A stretch of 63,983 nucleotides of DNA, counting the filler, from Saprolegnia diclina VS20 (Eukaryota): NCBI RefSeq assembly GCF_000281045.1. It is 3 parts of one record of this genome, joined end to end, with 100 filler letters (N's around TTAATTAATTAA, not from the genome) between each part and the next. Parts side by side here need not be neighbours in the genome. Positions count along the whole stretch, not along the records: positions 41,930 to 63,983 come from NW_008246103.1; 2 more parts are not named here. One strand, 5' to 3'. Positions 47,690 through 59,181 of this stretch are shown piece after piece. The translations under genes and the position numbers were made by a program. The notes beneath the pieces are model-generated. The model was given only the letters and a program-made list of their open reading frames with translations. It had not been told where the DNA came from and made no database searches. Every line of letters begins with the position of its first letter. The first letter of the stretch is position 1.

Positions 47690-48539
47690 AGCTCAAGAAC
47701 AACCAGCGGCCAACGACGCGGGCCATGTCGTGACCGCAATCGAGTTCCAAGACTGTGCGACGTTCTACCGTCCGGACAACTTGGTGCTCCGCCAAGACAA
47801 CCCGTACTCCTTGTTGGCGGACCAGGAGGACGACACGAATGATGACGACATGGGCGGCTCGGTGATGACACCGCTCCGCGTCCACTGCTCGACCGACTCC
47901 ACGCCAGCTGCCCGCTACAAACGGCACGTCAGCACCGACGACGACGACTACAAAGCGCTTCAAGAAGCCTTGGAGACGAACGCATCCAAGACCGCCGTGA
48001 TTGCGGCGACGATCAACCAATCACCGCACTTCTTCATGACGCTGCTTAACCAGGAACCCGAGTCGGCTACACCACTTGGTCACGTGCGCACGTTGCAACG
48101 GTATGTCGCGACGCGTGCTTCGTCTATGCCCGAACAAGACGCTCTGCACAAGCTTGACCAGCTGCTCAACACCGACAGCCACCCGACGAGTATGGTCCGA
48201 AGCCTCTTCGGCGACGGAGTAGGGCTCACGGCACGTGTCGCTCTCGCTGACTTCGACCTCGTCCTCTTGATGCTTGCTCCCGAACTCTACTCAAACGACG
48301 CTGCCATTGGCCACTTCATCAACGCAGTGCCATCGCGGCTTCGCCAAGACATGCTCACGGACTGGACGCTCGCGCAGCTGCTGCAATGCCCGGCCGTACA
48401 AAGCCATATTAAGGAGCAGGCTCACTTGCTAGTGCACTACCGCCGACAAGCAGAAGCACTGCTCGCCATTGTCCAGTCGGCCGACGCCAGTTGGGACCAG
48501 CAGACACACGAGCTTGTGCTGCCGGCAGGACGTTACTAA
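47690..48539 (+). CDS. LINE ORF1, C-terminal part (5' truncated)
   Basis: Open frame from the left TSD to TAA 48537-48539, directly upstream of the endonuclease. Confidence 0.55.
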
Positions 48540-51500
48540 GGTGGCTGCAACCGCTGCCGCCCGGCGTCCTCCGGCCGCCACCACTGCACCGTCTTCGCTT
48601 CCGTCTCTGTCTATCTGCTCGCTCAACACCAACAACATCACCAACAAGATCTCGTACATCCTCAACACATTCTCGCTCTCGCATGACGTCGCCTTCTACC
48701 AAGAGACGCGTTTTCCAAACATCAACAAGCAGGACTCTGCGGCTAACGCCTGGTCTTCAAGGACAAACGGCGATGGTCGCTGGTTTTGCTGCTCTCCTCG
48801 CTTCCCCTTGACGCCAACGGGTCTGTCGTGCCGTGGCGTTGCCACCACGGTACACCCGACAAGCGCGCTTCACGACCTCCACATCGTCGCTGGTCATGAC
48901 GCGCCACCACTCGTCAACCGCTATCTCCTCGTCTGCGGTCGTCTCGATGATCGCACAGTTTACCTACACAACGTCTACGCGCCGGCCGAGCCCCCAAACC
49001 GACCGGCATTCTTCGACGCACTGCCGCGTGACTTTGCAGCCGACGCGTTGCACATCATCGGTGGCGACTTCAATGTCACACTCAGCGATGCTCTCGACGT
49101 CTCCAACCCATCTGCTGCAACTCGTCGCGGCCGTCGCGAGCTCATCAGCTGGCTGAACGCGCTTGCGGTGGTCGACATCTTCCGTCATGTCAACCCGACA
49201 CTCTGCTCGTACACCAGCCCGACTACGAAGACACGTATTGACTACATTTTCGTCTCGCGCCCACTCGTCGACGCACCACATGTCGTGGCACGTCATGTCT
49301 TTGGCACTACCAAGTCGAACCACGCCGCCGTTGCCGCCCATATCGCCGATACGACGCCGGCCGGGAAAGGGCCTTGGAAGATGCCACCTTGGCTTCTCGA
49401 TGACCCCGAGGCTGCCGACACGATTCACGCGCATCTTGACACGTTTCTCGCGACAGCACGCCTCGACGAAGACCTTGGCAGACATTACGACACCATGCTC
49501 TTCTCGCTTCGCCATCAACTCTGCCTGCTGCACGCGGTACGCGTAGCTGAAGACCGCGCAGAACTCAAGGAACTGGAACGCCGCTTTGCTCAGTCGATGT
49601 ACGATCTCAGCCGGCATTGAACGGCCGAGCTCGAACAACTCGTCCAGCACAACCGCGCCAAACTTGCCCAGTACCACACCGTGACCAGTGCCTTCCGCTC
49701 TGACGCACGGATGCACGCATACCTGGCCGAATCGTCGCGCTGTACACGTCTGCACTTGCGCCCACCGACGCCGCGGCCGCTTCATCGCCAGACCATTCAA
49801 GCCGTGCGCGACGTGGCTGGACATCGTCACACCTCTCGCCAAGGCATCGAAGATACGCTGCACGGGTTCTACACGTCGTTGTACGCTAGCGAAGCAGTGC
49901 CGCCTGCTGACGCCATGACCTCTTTTGTACGACCGCTTATTGCCAATCGTCTGCCGCCAGTCCTTGCGCGCCGACTTGCGGCACCGGTCGTCGCATCCGA
50001 ACTTTACGCCGCGATCATGAGTTCCGCACGCCGCAAGACGCCAGGCCCGAACGCGTTGCCGCATGAAGTCTTACAATTCGCACCGTCCAAGTGGGCACAG
50101 ATCCTCGAGCTCGTCTTCAATCAACAACTGGCTATCGGTGCGCATCTGACCGGCCTGCAGACTCAAGGTACAACGATCCTCTTGCACAAGAAAGGCGACC
50201 GCGACGTCGCTGGCAATTACCGGCCTATCAGTTTGATCAACACGGACGTCAAGGTACTTACCAAGGTGCTCGCGACGCGACTCCAACCGTGCGCGGACTT
50301 CATTGTTGGCCACGACCAAACCGGCTTTATCCATGGCCGCACGCTGCTGACCAACGTCCAACGTCTGGACGACACGCTCGAATACGTCCGCCGTCATGTG
50401 CCGTCTGGCGTGCTCGCACTCCTAGATTTTGAGAAGGCCTTCGACCGCGTGGACCATCGTTACCTGCAAGTTGCGCTCCGGGAGCTCGGGCTTCCACCGG
50501 TGTTTCTTCGTACTGTCCAGTGTCTCTACTCGGGGCGTGCTTCTCGCCTCCTCATTAATGGTCGTCTGTCTCGTCCGTTCGCGATTCGACGCGGTGTGCT
50601 CCAAGGTGATCCGCTTTCGCCGCTGCTCTTTGTCCTCGCTCTCGAGCCCATGTGTCAACTGCTCCGGTCGCATGGTCATCTTGGCATTGCGATCAACGAC
50701 CGGCAACATGTCGTCAGCTGCTTTGCCGATGATACTCAACTCATTGCCCGGGACGCGCCGTCTCTGGCCCATCAACTTGCTCTCGTCGACACGTTTTGCT
50801 CATACTCCGGCTTTAAGCTCAACCGCGACAAGACCGAGCTGCTCACGTTTGGTGACGTACCCCGCTATCTCCCCGGACGCATAGTCACACCGGCCGCACC
50901 TGCAAAAGCGCTGGGCATCTTGGTCGCGCCGCACCTCGCGCCGCAAGCCCGCTACGATTACGCCCTCAAGAAGTTCATCGCCCGTCTCCAGCTTTGGTCG
51001 TACCAATCGCACTCGCTCGTCGGTAAAGTCGTCATCTTGCAAGCGGTCTGCTTGCCGGTCTTGTGGTACCAGCTTACATGGGTACCTCCAGACGCCTCGC
51101 TCGCTGCTCAAATAGATCGGCTCATGCTTCAGTTTCTCCACGGTGAACCGATTACGCTCGCTCGCCGTCACACGCATCGGTCTTTTGCGCAAAGTCTGGT
51201 CTTCCTGGCCAAACGCCATGGCGGCTTCGGTCTCTCGCACGCGTACGACCTTTGGCTCTCGCGCATCCGTTCAACGTCGCTCCGTTTCGTCAAGGCGTGG
51301 CTGGCCCAAGCCGACGACCCTCCCACGTGGACCACGGCGGGTGTCTCGCTCATGGAGGAGGCATACCAACCGTGGGGATCCTTTGGCGACCTTCTTCACG
51401 CCAGCAAGAGCCACCCGACGATCAAGGCTCTCCTCGCATCGCCCAGCTTCCCGACACGTTGGCCGGCGGTCCTCCTTGAGTGGTTCTCGACCGTCTACAC

Positions 51501-52578
51501 CATGCATGGCCTGCCTCGCGAATCGCCGCTTGTGACGCACCGGCTTCCGCTTTGGCACAACGCACATCTTCCGACGTCCAGCAAGCTCAAGTGGCTCGCA
51601 CACGACAACGCTGTGCACGTCGAGACGCTTGCCGTTCAAGGCTACACGCACGTGGACAGCTTTCAAGCCCTCGGACACACGGTCGCTGACCTCGCCGAGC
51701 AACTGCCACGACTTTTTCCAGTGCTGCAGCCACCACGTCGCTGGATCCGGCTGCTCGCGATCGCTATCGTTGGCTGCTTCCCGCTCATCGCACCTGTCGC
51801 ACCTGCCGCGCGTCCAGATCCTGCCCCGACCTGGCTCGTCAAGCTCGGGCCTCACGTCGCCTCAGCTGCGCTCGTAGAGATCCGCCTTGCCGGCTACCGA
51901 CGTCGTCCAAACTTCGACTGGCGAGTGCTGCCGGCGCACCACCTTGGCATCTCCGCGACCTATTATCAGCAACCAAGCCGAGCTGCTGCGTTGGTCCCAC
52001 TACGGCAACCCGCTCATGTCCTTCCGCGATACGGCGATTTTGTGTACCGTGTCGCGCTGAAAGCCGTGGCGGTCCGGTCCAGCTTGCACTTCCTCAGCCC
52101 GGATGCCCGACACTGCCCGCTCTGTGATGTGCCCGCTCGCGAAACGTATGACCATCTTTTAGTGCGCTGCCCATTCATCCGCGCGGTTTGGCGCGCTTTT
52201 GACCCGATGCGCGATATCTTGAAGCTGCAACTCCCGACGTCGGTCGGTGGCTTTCTTTACGATGACGTCGCTCTGCCGTTCTCAGCCCACAAGCCGACCA
52301 TCCGTGCCCTCTGGCCGATCCTGCGCGCTTGCGTTTGGTACAGTCTTTGGCTTGAACGTAACAACCGCGTGTTTCGCACGACATTGACGCCCCTTCCCGC
52401 TGATGCGCTCGCGATCAAAGCCGCTACTATCACGCGACTGCATATCCGACACTTGGCCCGCCGCGCCGTGGTGCCTTCGCTTGATGAGTCGCTCCATGCC
52501 CTACGCGCCGATCCTTGGTGTGCTCGCTACCTCATTCCCAACTCAATCCCGAGCCCTGACCATGCGCCCTCAGCTTGA
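48433..52578 (+). pseudogene. LINE ORF2 (APE endonuclease, reverse transcriptase, CCHC zinc finger) with one in-frame TGA at 49618-49620
   Basis: EN: SLN, QET, NVYAP, GGDFN, RIDYIF, SNH; RT: NYRPISLINTDVK, LDFEKAFD, RGVLQGDPLSP, FADD; CPLC...ETYDHLLVRC; ORFs 48469..49620 and 49681..52578 are in the same frame. Confidence 0.9.
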
Positions 52579-53024
52579 CGTACCGGCCAAACCTCACGAG
52601 CGCTCTAGGAAGTCCACCATCTTCACTATATAATTCCATGTTAATAACTCATTTCAACAGGAGAACATTCACTCTCACGCACGTCCAGTGATGGGCCAGC
52701 GACTCGGACGCCGCGAGCGACGCGCAAAAACACAATCATGGTGTTGGCACCAGAGGCATGCAACCAAGATGGACCCCTGTAGTATCCTCTGCCGTCTGCG
52801 GCGTCGAGCGTCCTATCACCGCATGCTGCCACGTACATTTTATCCACGTTATATTATTATTGTTTTGTATTCAACAAATATATAGATGGTTTTAGACGTA
52901 GCTTTATTAATACGCGTCGCATTGAATGCCATCGGACGCGATTTGATTGGCGGTACGGAGCCAATGGAACGCAGGATTGCCAAAGCACTGGCCGCCAATC
53001 CATAGCGCAATCGGCAAAGTTGCC

Positions 53025-54215
53025 ATGTCATCGCCCGAGACGAACTCGAAGCGTGCGCGCTCGGACGAGCCCGAAGCGTCGACGAAGAAGGTCAAGATCT
53101 CGCGCACGTACGAAGAACTTGCGGCCCTCTGCAAGCAAGACCCCCGCTTCCACGATCGCTATGAGGCCCGGCCCCGGACCTGGGTCTCGACCTCAACGAT
53201 GAAGAAGAGCTCCAAGGCGCAGTACAAGCGCGTTGTCGCGCTCGATTGCGAAATGTGCGTGACGTTGAGCGAGAGGAGAGACGATCGCGATTCGCATGCC
53301 TTGGTGCGCGTGACGCTCATTGACGGCGAAGACCCGGACGTGATTCTGGTCGACCTCATTGTGCACCAGCCGCCGCCCGGACGCATCATCTACGACTACA
53401 AGACCGACATCCACGGCCTTTCGGGCGAGCTCATTTTTGGCTCCAAGATTGACGTCGCCCGCGCCCGCAAAGAAGTGCTCAAGCACTTGGGCCCGGACAC
53501 GGTCCTCGTCGGCCACAGTGTCGACGGCGATTTGGCAAGTATGATGATCCACCACTCCAACTGTCTCGACACGGCGCTCCTCTATAAGCGCATGGACGTG
53601 CCCGAAATCAAGAGTACGCCGGGCCTGCGCGAACTCACGGTGCAGCTGCTCAAGATCGAGATGCCGCCGGTCCACGACTCGTTCTTGGATGCCAAGATGA
53701 CGATGCTGGCGGCCCAGTACGCGCTCACCAATCCGATTGGTCCCGTCATCGTGTACAAAGCGCCCGCGACGACTTGGGGGCCGCCGCCCTCGGAGCCGAG
53801 TGCCAACGAGCCGGGAGCGAAACCGTTGACCATGCCGCCGCGCATCAAGTCGTCCGCCAAGCCGGCCGCACGGGCGCCGGTGATGGCGCTCCCGCGCCCT
53901 GGCCAAGACGACGGTCCTGCCGCCCAGTGGGTCATTCACCGCATCCCCAAGGGAATTTTCAACTCGGACATTCAGTCCTTCGTGACCAAGACGACGTCCG
54001 TCGTGCCCGAAATGGTCGAGAACGTTGTCTTCAAGTCGCAGTGGGGGTCGTGCTCCGTCAACTTTCCGTCGGCGATGCACGCGAACCTCGCGTTCGCGAT
54101 GCTGACGGGCGACGAGTCGAAAGACCCACTGGACCGCGTCGTCAAGAAGGTCGAGGTCCCCAACAAGGCTGGCACCATCTACAAGGGCATCAAGATCATG
54201 ACGGCCAAGAAATAA
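53025..54215 (+). CDS. DEDDh 3'-5' RNA exonuclease (REX1/SDN-like) with C-terminal RRM-like domain
   Basis: ALDCEM, LVRVTL, LVGHSVDGDL, DTALLY, HDSFLDA; C-terminal VIHRIP...CSVNF. Confidence 0.88.
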   Translation: MSSPETNSKRARSDEPEASTKKVKISRTYEELAALCKQDPRFHDRYEARPRTWVSTSTMKKSSKAQYKRVVALDCEMCVTLSERRDDRDSHALVRVTLIDGEDPDVILVDLIVHQPPPGRIIYDYKTDIHGLSGELIFGSKIDVARARKEVLKHLGPDTVLVGHSVDGDLASMMIHHSNCLDTALLYKRMDVPEIKSTPGLRELTVQLLKIEMPPVHDSFLDAKMTMLAAQYALTNPIGPVIVYKAPATTWGPPPSEPSANEPGAKPLTMPPRIKSSAKPAARAPVMALPRPGQDDGPAAQWVIHRIPKGIFNSDIQSFVTKTTSVVPEMVENVVFKSQWGSCSVNFPSAMHANLAFAMLTGDESKDPLDRVVKKVEVPNKAGTIYKGIKIMTAKK

Positions 54216-54481
54216 ATCTATTCATATTACAACTACTGTCCGCTGCTCTATTTTTCGGGTCCTCGCACACGAACCATCGCACACGGTGACTCGGTGACCG
54301 TCAGAAGTCACGACAGTCACCGGCTTTGGGCCATCCCATAGGTAGTACACTGTAAGCTTAGTCCATAGTACAACGAAATATTTAAAAGGCTCCTCAAGAA
54401 AGCCAGGACGCGTCGCTACAAAAGTGTCCAGGCACCTGGAGTCCAGGTGTGGTGAACTCTACCAAAAGTGGCAAAGGAAGC

Positions 54482-55921
54482 TCAGAGGAGACCGCGACTC
54501 GTTGGCGACTCGGGACTTGCAAACTCGTCGTCCAGGTCATGGTACGTCGACCCCTCAATGTCCGACGTCATGGAGAACATGTCGTCAAAGACTGAGAAGT
54601 CCTTGGCGGGTGCGTGGAGGTAGCCAAAATGCACGAGCGGGGCGGCCATCGCCGTACAGAGCGCCGTCGTCCAGAGCAGAATCACGCTGCCGCCAATGAC
54701 ATTCGCGGCTACGAGCTTGGCGCCAAGGGAATTCTCACACGGTTCCCAGAGACCACAACCAATGCGGTGGCTCTCTTTCGATAGCAACGTTGCCCAACTG
54801 CATTTGAAGGCGGCGTCAAGTCGATGCGATGTCACACAGAGACTCGCGATAAGAATGCCGTACAGTCCGTTGCCAAGGTGCACGACGACGACATCGGTCG
54901 TGGCGCCAAAGACGTCCCACTTGTAGAGCAGATGCGTGCCGACAGCGTAGAGCACAGCAGCACCGGCTCCGATAAGGGCGGCTGCAAGCGGGTGCACGGC
55001 GCTCGTCGACGCAGAGATGGCGACGAGGCCGCTGAGAACGCCGTTGTGCATGGCGTCATCGTCGAGGAGGCGCCAGTGCCAGTGGATGGCGGACGAGAGC
55101 AAGCCACTGGTGGCGGCGGCGACGGTGAGGTTTTCGATACCGCGGAGACTCACAGTTGCGCAGTCGCCGTGGATGGCCGGCGTCGAGATGTATATCAAGC
55201 CGTACCACCCAATCCAAATGAAGAGTGTCGCGAGTGAGCGATGCGGTGCGACCGGTGCATGCCACACGACCGACCGATCCCGACGAAGCAGCACCGAGAT
55301 GACACCGACCGCCGCGCCGGCTGTGACGTGCAAGACGGCGCTGCCGCTTAGATCGACGACACCGGTGCCAAAGAGGTGGTTGCCGTAGAGCCAGCCATCG
55401 GAAGCCCACACGGCGTGCGCCACAGGCGGATGGACAACGCCGAGCACAAATGCAATGTACGCAGCGAGAGACGAGGGTGCCAGTAGCCGCTCGAGGCCGA
55501 GCGCCAGGATCATTGTGAGCACAAGCGAGACTGTGAGCTGTTGAAACCACTGCGCCAAGTGCAAGCCGGATGCGTCGTTGAATGCCGTTGACGAGAGCGC
55601 GAAACCATTGTGGCCAATGAAGCCATCGCCAGCGCCGAACGCGAGTGCAAAGCCATAGACAAAGCTTACGAGCGTTGCAAGACTTGCCACGTGCAAGAGC
55701 TTGGCGCCAAGCGTCGCGCGAAAGGCGAGTCCTATCAGCAGCAGAAGGATCTGCAGCGTGCCAAAGAGCACCCAGACCACGTCGACGTCGCGGCTCGGAT
55801 TCGCGAGGCAGGCCCCGGTGGCCTTGCAGTCGGCCTCCAGCGCGGCCGCCAAGGACGTCCACGAGTACGCCGTGGATGTACCGTTGATGACGACTACGAT
55901 CGTCGCGTTGGCGCCTGCCAT
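54482..55921 (-). CDS. Divergent ammonium transporter (Amt/Mep family)
   Basis: GFALAFG, ER, HAVW..GW, DLSGSAVLH, WIGWYG, NGVLSGLVAI, DVVVVHLGNG; ~11 TM; probable start MAGANAT at 55921 (frame is open to 56122). Confidence 0.85.
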   Translation of the reverse strand: MAGANATIVVVINGTSTAYSWTSLAAALEADCKATGACLANPSRDVDVVWVLFGTLQILLLLIGLAFRATLGAKLLHVASLATLVSFVYGFALAFGAGDGFIGHNGFALSSTAFNDASGLHLAQWFQQLTVSLVLTMILALGLERLLAPSSLAAYIAFVLGVVHPPVAHAVWASDGWLYGNHLFGTGVVDLSGSAVLHVTAGAAVGVISVLLRRDRSVVWHAPVAPHRSLATLFIWIGWYGLIYISTPAIHGDCATVSLRGIENLTVAAATSGLLSSAIHWHWRLLDDDAMHNGVLSGLVAISASTSAVHPLAAALIGAGAAVLYAVGTHLLYKWDVFGATTDVVVVHLGNGLYGILIASLCVTSHRLDAAFKCSWATLLSKESHRIGCGLWEPCENSLGAKLVAANVIGGSVILLWTTALCTAMAAPLVHFGYLHAPAKDFSVFDDMFSMTSDIEGSTYHDLDDEFASPESPTSRGLL

Positions 55922-56417
55922 CGCACCCGCGTAACCTTCGACGACTGCGACCTCGAAGATCGCGGATCCTGGAACATTGCGGTACTGTATCCGGATGACC
56001 GAAAGTGCACTTTCTGCCGGAAGACGAGATGCCACCAAGATACGTGTGTCCAAGGTGTCCTTGTTGGAGTTTACAACGTTAGTTGCCGACACACATGCGC
56101 GACCGGTTCGAGATTCATGCACATGTGTAGCTTGCCACGGGACTTGTAGGAGAGTACATTAGGTAGCTTGGCACGTGGCGTCGCTGGCTGCTTGGAACAA
56201 TCAGCTCGCATGGACCGGAGGTGGTCACCTCGAGTCGAGGTCACCGACGCCGTTGCAGTACTGGACGCCAACAAGGCGGGTACGACAGCGCTCAACGTCG
56301 AAGTGTCTACCAAGGCATAGCGCCAACCGCCTGTCACGTTGTCCAGAGCAAAGTCGTCGCTGCATTGCGAGAAGGTCACAACATCTATTTCTAGCGCGCC
56401 ACTTTTAGCGCATCACC

Positions 56418-57737
56418 ATGGACGAGTACGAGGACGACGCCGATTTCGAGGCGTCCGCCACGTCGCCCCAGCCCGACGAAGAGAGTTACAACGCCGATGA
56501 GTGGGAAGAGCCGTCGCCAGAGAAGCCATCGACCCCGCTCCCCACGACCACGTGTGAAGAAGAATCGACCGCGAGTCATGTCATCGCTGAGAATGCCGTG
56601 CAGAACATCCCCGAGCCAGTGCTTCAGCTGCCCGAGCCTCGATTGCTGCCAGGTGGTGACGCGGTGCAAATAGCAGAGAAACTAGACACGCGTCCTTCAA
56701 CATCCACCGCCGCCGCCGACGACAACGATCGCTCAGAAGCTGATGCGGTCGCCAGGCAAGAAGATGAGGAGGAGGAGGATCCCGAGTACCCACCCGAGAT
56801 GATCCAGCGTTTTTGTCAGCACCCGAGCTTGGCCGTCAAACGCAGCACGGAATCAAGTGCCGATGCGGCGATTCAACTCGCGTCGGCGCGCGTCAAGGCG
56901 TACCAGCAGCTGCAGGCGCGGCAGGCCGCCGAGGCCAAGGCAGCCAGCGAAGCGCGCAAGCAAGCCAAGCACGCCTGGCGGCAGACGTACGAGACCCCGC
57001 GCAGCCGACAAGAGTACCTGGTCGAGTCGACGCGGCGGCGCAAGGAGCGAGAGGCGCGCGCCGCGACACCGACACCTCGATGGTACGCGCGAAAGACCAT
57101 GCCGCGCGTGAGCACAGACGCGAGTACCGAGAAGCATGCTTTGGCGCAGCGCGCGCAGGCGGCATCTCGACGCAAAGCCGCGGCGCACCGCCAGTACGTC
57201 GCCGCAACGCTCGCCAAAGTCGCTGCGACGGCCGAATCGGCTCGCCATAAAAGCTGCGGGTACGCGTGCGAGCCCGGCTCGTACCTCTTGCTCCAAGCTA
57301 CTCCGCCCTGTCGCGCATCCACGTCCTCAGAACCAGTTCAGGATTCTACGATGGGTAAGTGCAACGCAGTAGCTGTGATGGCGTCTGCGGAATCAGCCTT
57401 TGCGTGTGTCGATGCAAGCGTTGAGGCTGCGGCCGTGATGACTCGCTTACTGGATGCAGTCGCCGTCGTTCCAACACACCCAGTGCCGTCGACGGTGCAG
57501 GTGCAGCTTGCACCGACGTCGGACACGGAGTGCGAGCCGCCCAGTATCGAGAAAGTTCCGGTCGACGAGACGACGGCGTCGGAGCCACCAGCGTCGACCC
57601 CGATGACGACAGAGTGGACGGCCGAATCCGAGCCTGAGCCGGACCCGGCGATGGTCAAGGACGCCTGCGACGCGCCCGTGGCAGGAACCAAGACGGACGA
57701 TGCGCGCGCACCGGACCCTGTCGCGACCAATGTGTAG
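56418..57737 (+). CDS. Low-complexity acidic/coiled-coil protein, unknown function
   Basis: 439-aa ORF, ATG in good context (accATGg), acidic ends, basic helical middle. Confidence 0.65.
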   Translation: MDEYEDDADFEASATSPQPDEESYNADEWEEPSPEKPSTPLPTTTCEEESTASHVIAENAVQNIPEPVLQLPEPRLLPGGDAVQIAEKLDTRPSTSTAAADDNDRSEADAVARQEDEEEEDPEYPPEMIQRFCQHPSLAVKRSTESSADAAIQLASARVKAYQQLQARQAAEAKAASEARKQAKHAWRQTYETPRSRQEYLVESTRRRKEREARAATPTPRWYARKTMPRVSTDASTEKHALAQRAQAASRRKAAAHRQYVAATLAKVAATAESARHKSCGYACEPGSYLLLQATPPCRASTSSEPVQDSTMGKCNAVAVMASAESAFACVDASVEAAAVMTRLLDAVAVVPTHPVPSTVQVQLAPTSDTECEPPSIEKVPVDETTASEPPASTPMTTEWTAESEPEPDPAMVKDACDAPVAGTKTDDARAPDPVATNV

Positions 57738-57883
57738 CATGCATGCACGTCTAATAGTTATCCTGCGAAATGGCAATGCGGCAGAGTACGCGACATGTAC
57801 AAACATTTTGATGTGCAATGTAAAAGGGTAAACTTGACAAAGAGGCAAAGTGAGATAGACCAGCTCGCGCACTGATATATTCT

Positions 57884-58672
57884 CTAACGGGGCTGGCTCA
57901 GCGTGCGGTTGGCCTTGTGGTCCACGGGGCGTTTGCGACGCACCATGCTGTGTGCCTTTGTCGTTCGCGGGTGGCGACGGCGTGGTTTCGGTGGCTCGGG
58001 CGGCATGTTGGAATGCTCGACGGTTGGATCGAGTGTCATACCGGAGAGGTAGAGACCTTCGATGGTCAGCACCGCCAAGGCGGCGTTGCAGAGCGAGAAG
58101 GCAGGCGCGGACGGGGCCGTCGTTGTACCGTGGCGCATGCCACCGACATGCTTGGCGCGCGCATGCTTGGTGGCGACCAGCGCTTTCGGATCAAACACGA
58201 AATCGGTCGACCATCCGTGGGGTGCCATAGCGTCGAAAATTCAGGAATGGAGCCGAAGCAATGTGGTGGAGACGCTGCTTCTCCACGGCCGTGCATGATT
58301 GGCTCGGTTTAACCTTGCAAAGCGATCTAATGTTCGGCATCACAATGAACCGGTATCTGTTTCTCGCCCAGAAAGGACGTTTACCAAGGCATATCTCTCC
58401 AACCTGCAAGGACGCAAAGAGGACGCAGGCGTGCGCCAGCTTTTGCGGCTTCCTATCAGTCACCGAATATGGCCAATCACGCGCTTTATAGCCCATGCGC
58501 CACGAGCGCATCACGCGCTTGCTTGCTGCAGTGTACGATGCGTGCATGGACATGGGCCCTGCGATACGCCGCGCGGAGGCCAATGGCAAGCGTAGTGACC
58601 AGAAGCCGCAGGCCATGTTTATGCAAGGTGGGCATCCTCCGCGCGATATCCCTTGCATCAGCAGCAGCATGC
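57884..58672 (-). CDS. Possible multi-exon or degenerate hypothetical gene
   Basis: INR-like TCATTTTG at ~58725-58733 and several overlapping short ORFs; no family recognised. Confidence 0.25.
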
Positions 58673-59181
58673 TCGTAGCGTCGTCGGTATGGCAAGGCTG
58701 AATAGCTTGTTCGATTCGTGTCAAGCAAAATGACAAAAAGAGGGCTCGCGCGTTCTAGAAGACCAGAAGAACGTGCGTTCTTCTTTACAATTTTCAAGTG
58801 GCCGACCAGCGTGTGTTTTAGAGAGAATGCGTGCGGATTGGCTAAAACTGTAGGTAGGATTGGCCAATCCAAGACGAGAAGGAACCCTGTCGAGCACCGA
58901 TAGGCTGTGGCTGGAACGAGCTTTTACCAGCACGGCACTTCGTCGACATCTGATTGGTCCACCGTCGGAACTTCAAAGTGGCCGATTAAAATCGCACACG
59001 CTCATTGGCGCGCTGGGACATGTACGGAAACCCAATCGGGAGCCAGCTGGCGGGCACTTAACCGGATGAGGCCCACCCCGGAACTTCAACCGGTTTACAT
59101 GGCGCTGGCCCGTATGTGTCATTATTGAATCTCCAGCTTCGAGCTTATTGCTTGTGCATCTCCTCCATCCTCGCCTTCACC

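Larger units (their letters stand above)
47672..52674 (+). mobile_element. 5'-truncated L1/Tx1-like LINE (47690-52656) with 18-bp target-site duplication
   Basis: ACAGGAGAACATTCACTC at 47672-47689 and 52657-52674; partial ORF1 followed by APE-RT-zinc finger ORF2. Confidence 0.92.

Noticed and set aside
49618..49620. Selenocysteine or programmed readthrough at the LINE ORF2 TGA
   Set aside because: It lies in a linker region and no SECIS-like element was seen; a point mutation is the simpler explanation
55922..56379. Long N-terminal ectodomain on the Amt protein
   Set aside because: Needs a frame change with no clear acceptor; ATG 55921 gives a normal-length Amt and has the TCCGGATA motif 67 bp upstream
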